Positions 61,973 through 62,417 of a stretch of 62,417 bases of DNA are shown here, one piece after another. The DNA lies in NCBI GenBank assembly GCA_903897805.1, contig CAIUCV010000022.1:1-62417 (forward strand). The letters run 5' to 3'. This DNA comes from Candidatus Yanofskybacteria bacterium (GTDB lineage: Bacteria; Patescibacteriota; Minisyncoccia; 2-02-FULL-40-12; IGHO2-01-FULL-4-A). The translations under genes were made by a program, and so were the position numbers. The notes under the pieces are model-generated. The model did not search any database. It saw only the letters and a list, made by a program, of their open reading frames with translations, and was not told the DNA's origin. Numbering within the stretch: position 1 is the stretch's first letter; every line of letters begins with the position of its first letter.

Positions 61973-62417
61973 GCGCAAAAAAATCACAAACATTTTACGA
62001 TTTAGTAAGCCAAGATCAGCGATACAAAATCGCTGTTGGTTCGCCGTCGCCTAAAACGATTGAGAACTATGATAAAATCCAACACTTGCTCAAGTTTGCT
62101 TTGCGTCCATATCAAGTGGAGGCATTGAGCGCGTTTCAACTCTTTTGGAAAGATGGGTTTGATAGCCGGAGTTTAAAACAAAAAACCGCCCAATCAGAAA
62201 AAAACGACGAAGGCAAAGATGTTGTATGGAATAAAGTAGGTTTTGAGATGGCAACCGGCTCGGGTAAGACGCTTCTCATGGGCGCAACGATTCTGGATTT
62301 GTGGCATAGAGGATATAAAGATTTTCTGATTTTAACCCCAAACACTATTTTATTTGACAAGACAATAGAAAACTTTACCCCGCGTGCAGTAAAAAGCATT
62401 TTTGGCGACGGCTGGAA
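61969..62417 (+). CDS. res: type III restriction enzyme Res subunit, N-terminal fragment (runs off the window)
   Basis: My own translation from the ATG at 61969: ...LRPYQVEAL...FEMATGSGKTLLMG (helicase motifs Q and I). Absent from the ORF track because there is no stop in the window. Confidence 0.8.
   Translation, partial: MSAKKSQTFYDLVSQDQRYKIAVGSPSPKTIENYDKIQHLLKFALRPYQVEALSAFQLFWKDGFDSRSLKQKTAQSEKNDEGKDVVWNKVGFEMATGSGKTLLMGATILDLWHRGYKDFLILTPNTILFDKTIENFTPRAVKSIFGDGW

Larger units (their letters stand above)
58440..62417. mobile_element. partial genomic island at tRNA-Leu(GAG): serine recombinase plus type III R-M
   Basis: The recombinase abuts the tRNA 3' end. Cargo is HTH, mod and res. 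100-nt samples give 61% GC in the recombinase and 30% in mod. The right end lies outside the window. Confidence 0.55.

Noticed and set aside
1-62417. Alternative genetic code (UGA recoding, as in some CPR lineages).
   Set aside because: Conserved genes (asd, gyrA, ftsH, tgt, murA) are full length under the standard code. TGA also serves as a terminal stop, for example in doc and mod.

Overview
This 62.4-kb window reads like a small-genome bacterium of roughly 45% GC, probably Candidate Phyla Radiation/Patescibacteria. That placement is an inference from gene content: compact housekeeping proteins, VirB2/TrbC-like pilin-domain surface proteins, VanW/PrsW, a group-3-like NiFe hydrogenase, and the standard genetic code. 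Core genes are asd, pcm, tgt, cca, murA (Asp at the fosfomycin-target Cys position), cfa, infC-rpmI-rplT, tsaD, valS (broken by a 1-nt frameshift), gyrA, rpsA, ftsH, rplY, rplS, an RluA-type pseudouridine synthase and nine tRNA genes. Other modules: an HTH-Doc toxin-antitoxin pair; DsbA-VKOR and CcdA-thioredoxin disulfide modules; a seven-gene minus-strand operon (nifS, nifU, Nfu/ferredoxin, FAD oxidoreductase, NiFe hydrogenase small and large subunits, cupin); and a minus-strand cluster in which four proteins carry a VirB2/TrbC-like pilin domain, three of them with Cys-rich ectodomains and one fused to Ig-like and lytic-transglycosylase domains. Three stretches look accessory or unusual. (i) 47.9-54.7 kb, between rpsA and ftsH, holds a Nudix gene, a beta-CASP MBL nuclease with a 151-nt palindromic leader, and a ~60% GC three-gene ORFan operon with near-consensus promoters; this is my best candidate for an undescribed system. 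(ii) A set of ~150-185-nt hairpin-rich elements sits directly 3' of three tRNA genes, each ending in a tRNA 3'-end copy. (iii) A large-serine-recombinase island with a type III R-M system lies next to tRNA-Leu(GAG) and runs off the window. All product calls rest on motifs read by eye, GC values are hand counts on 100-nt samples, and no database search or folding program was run.
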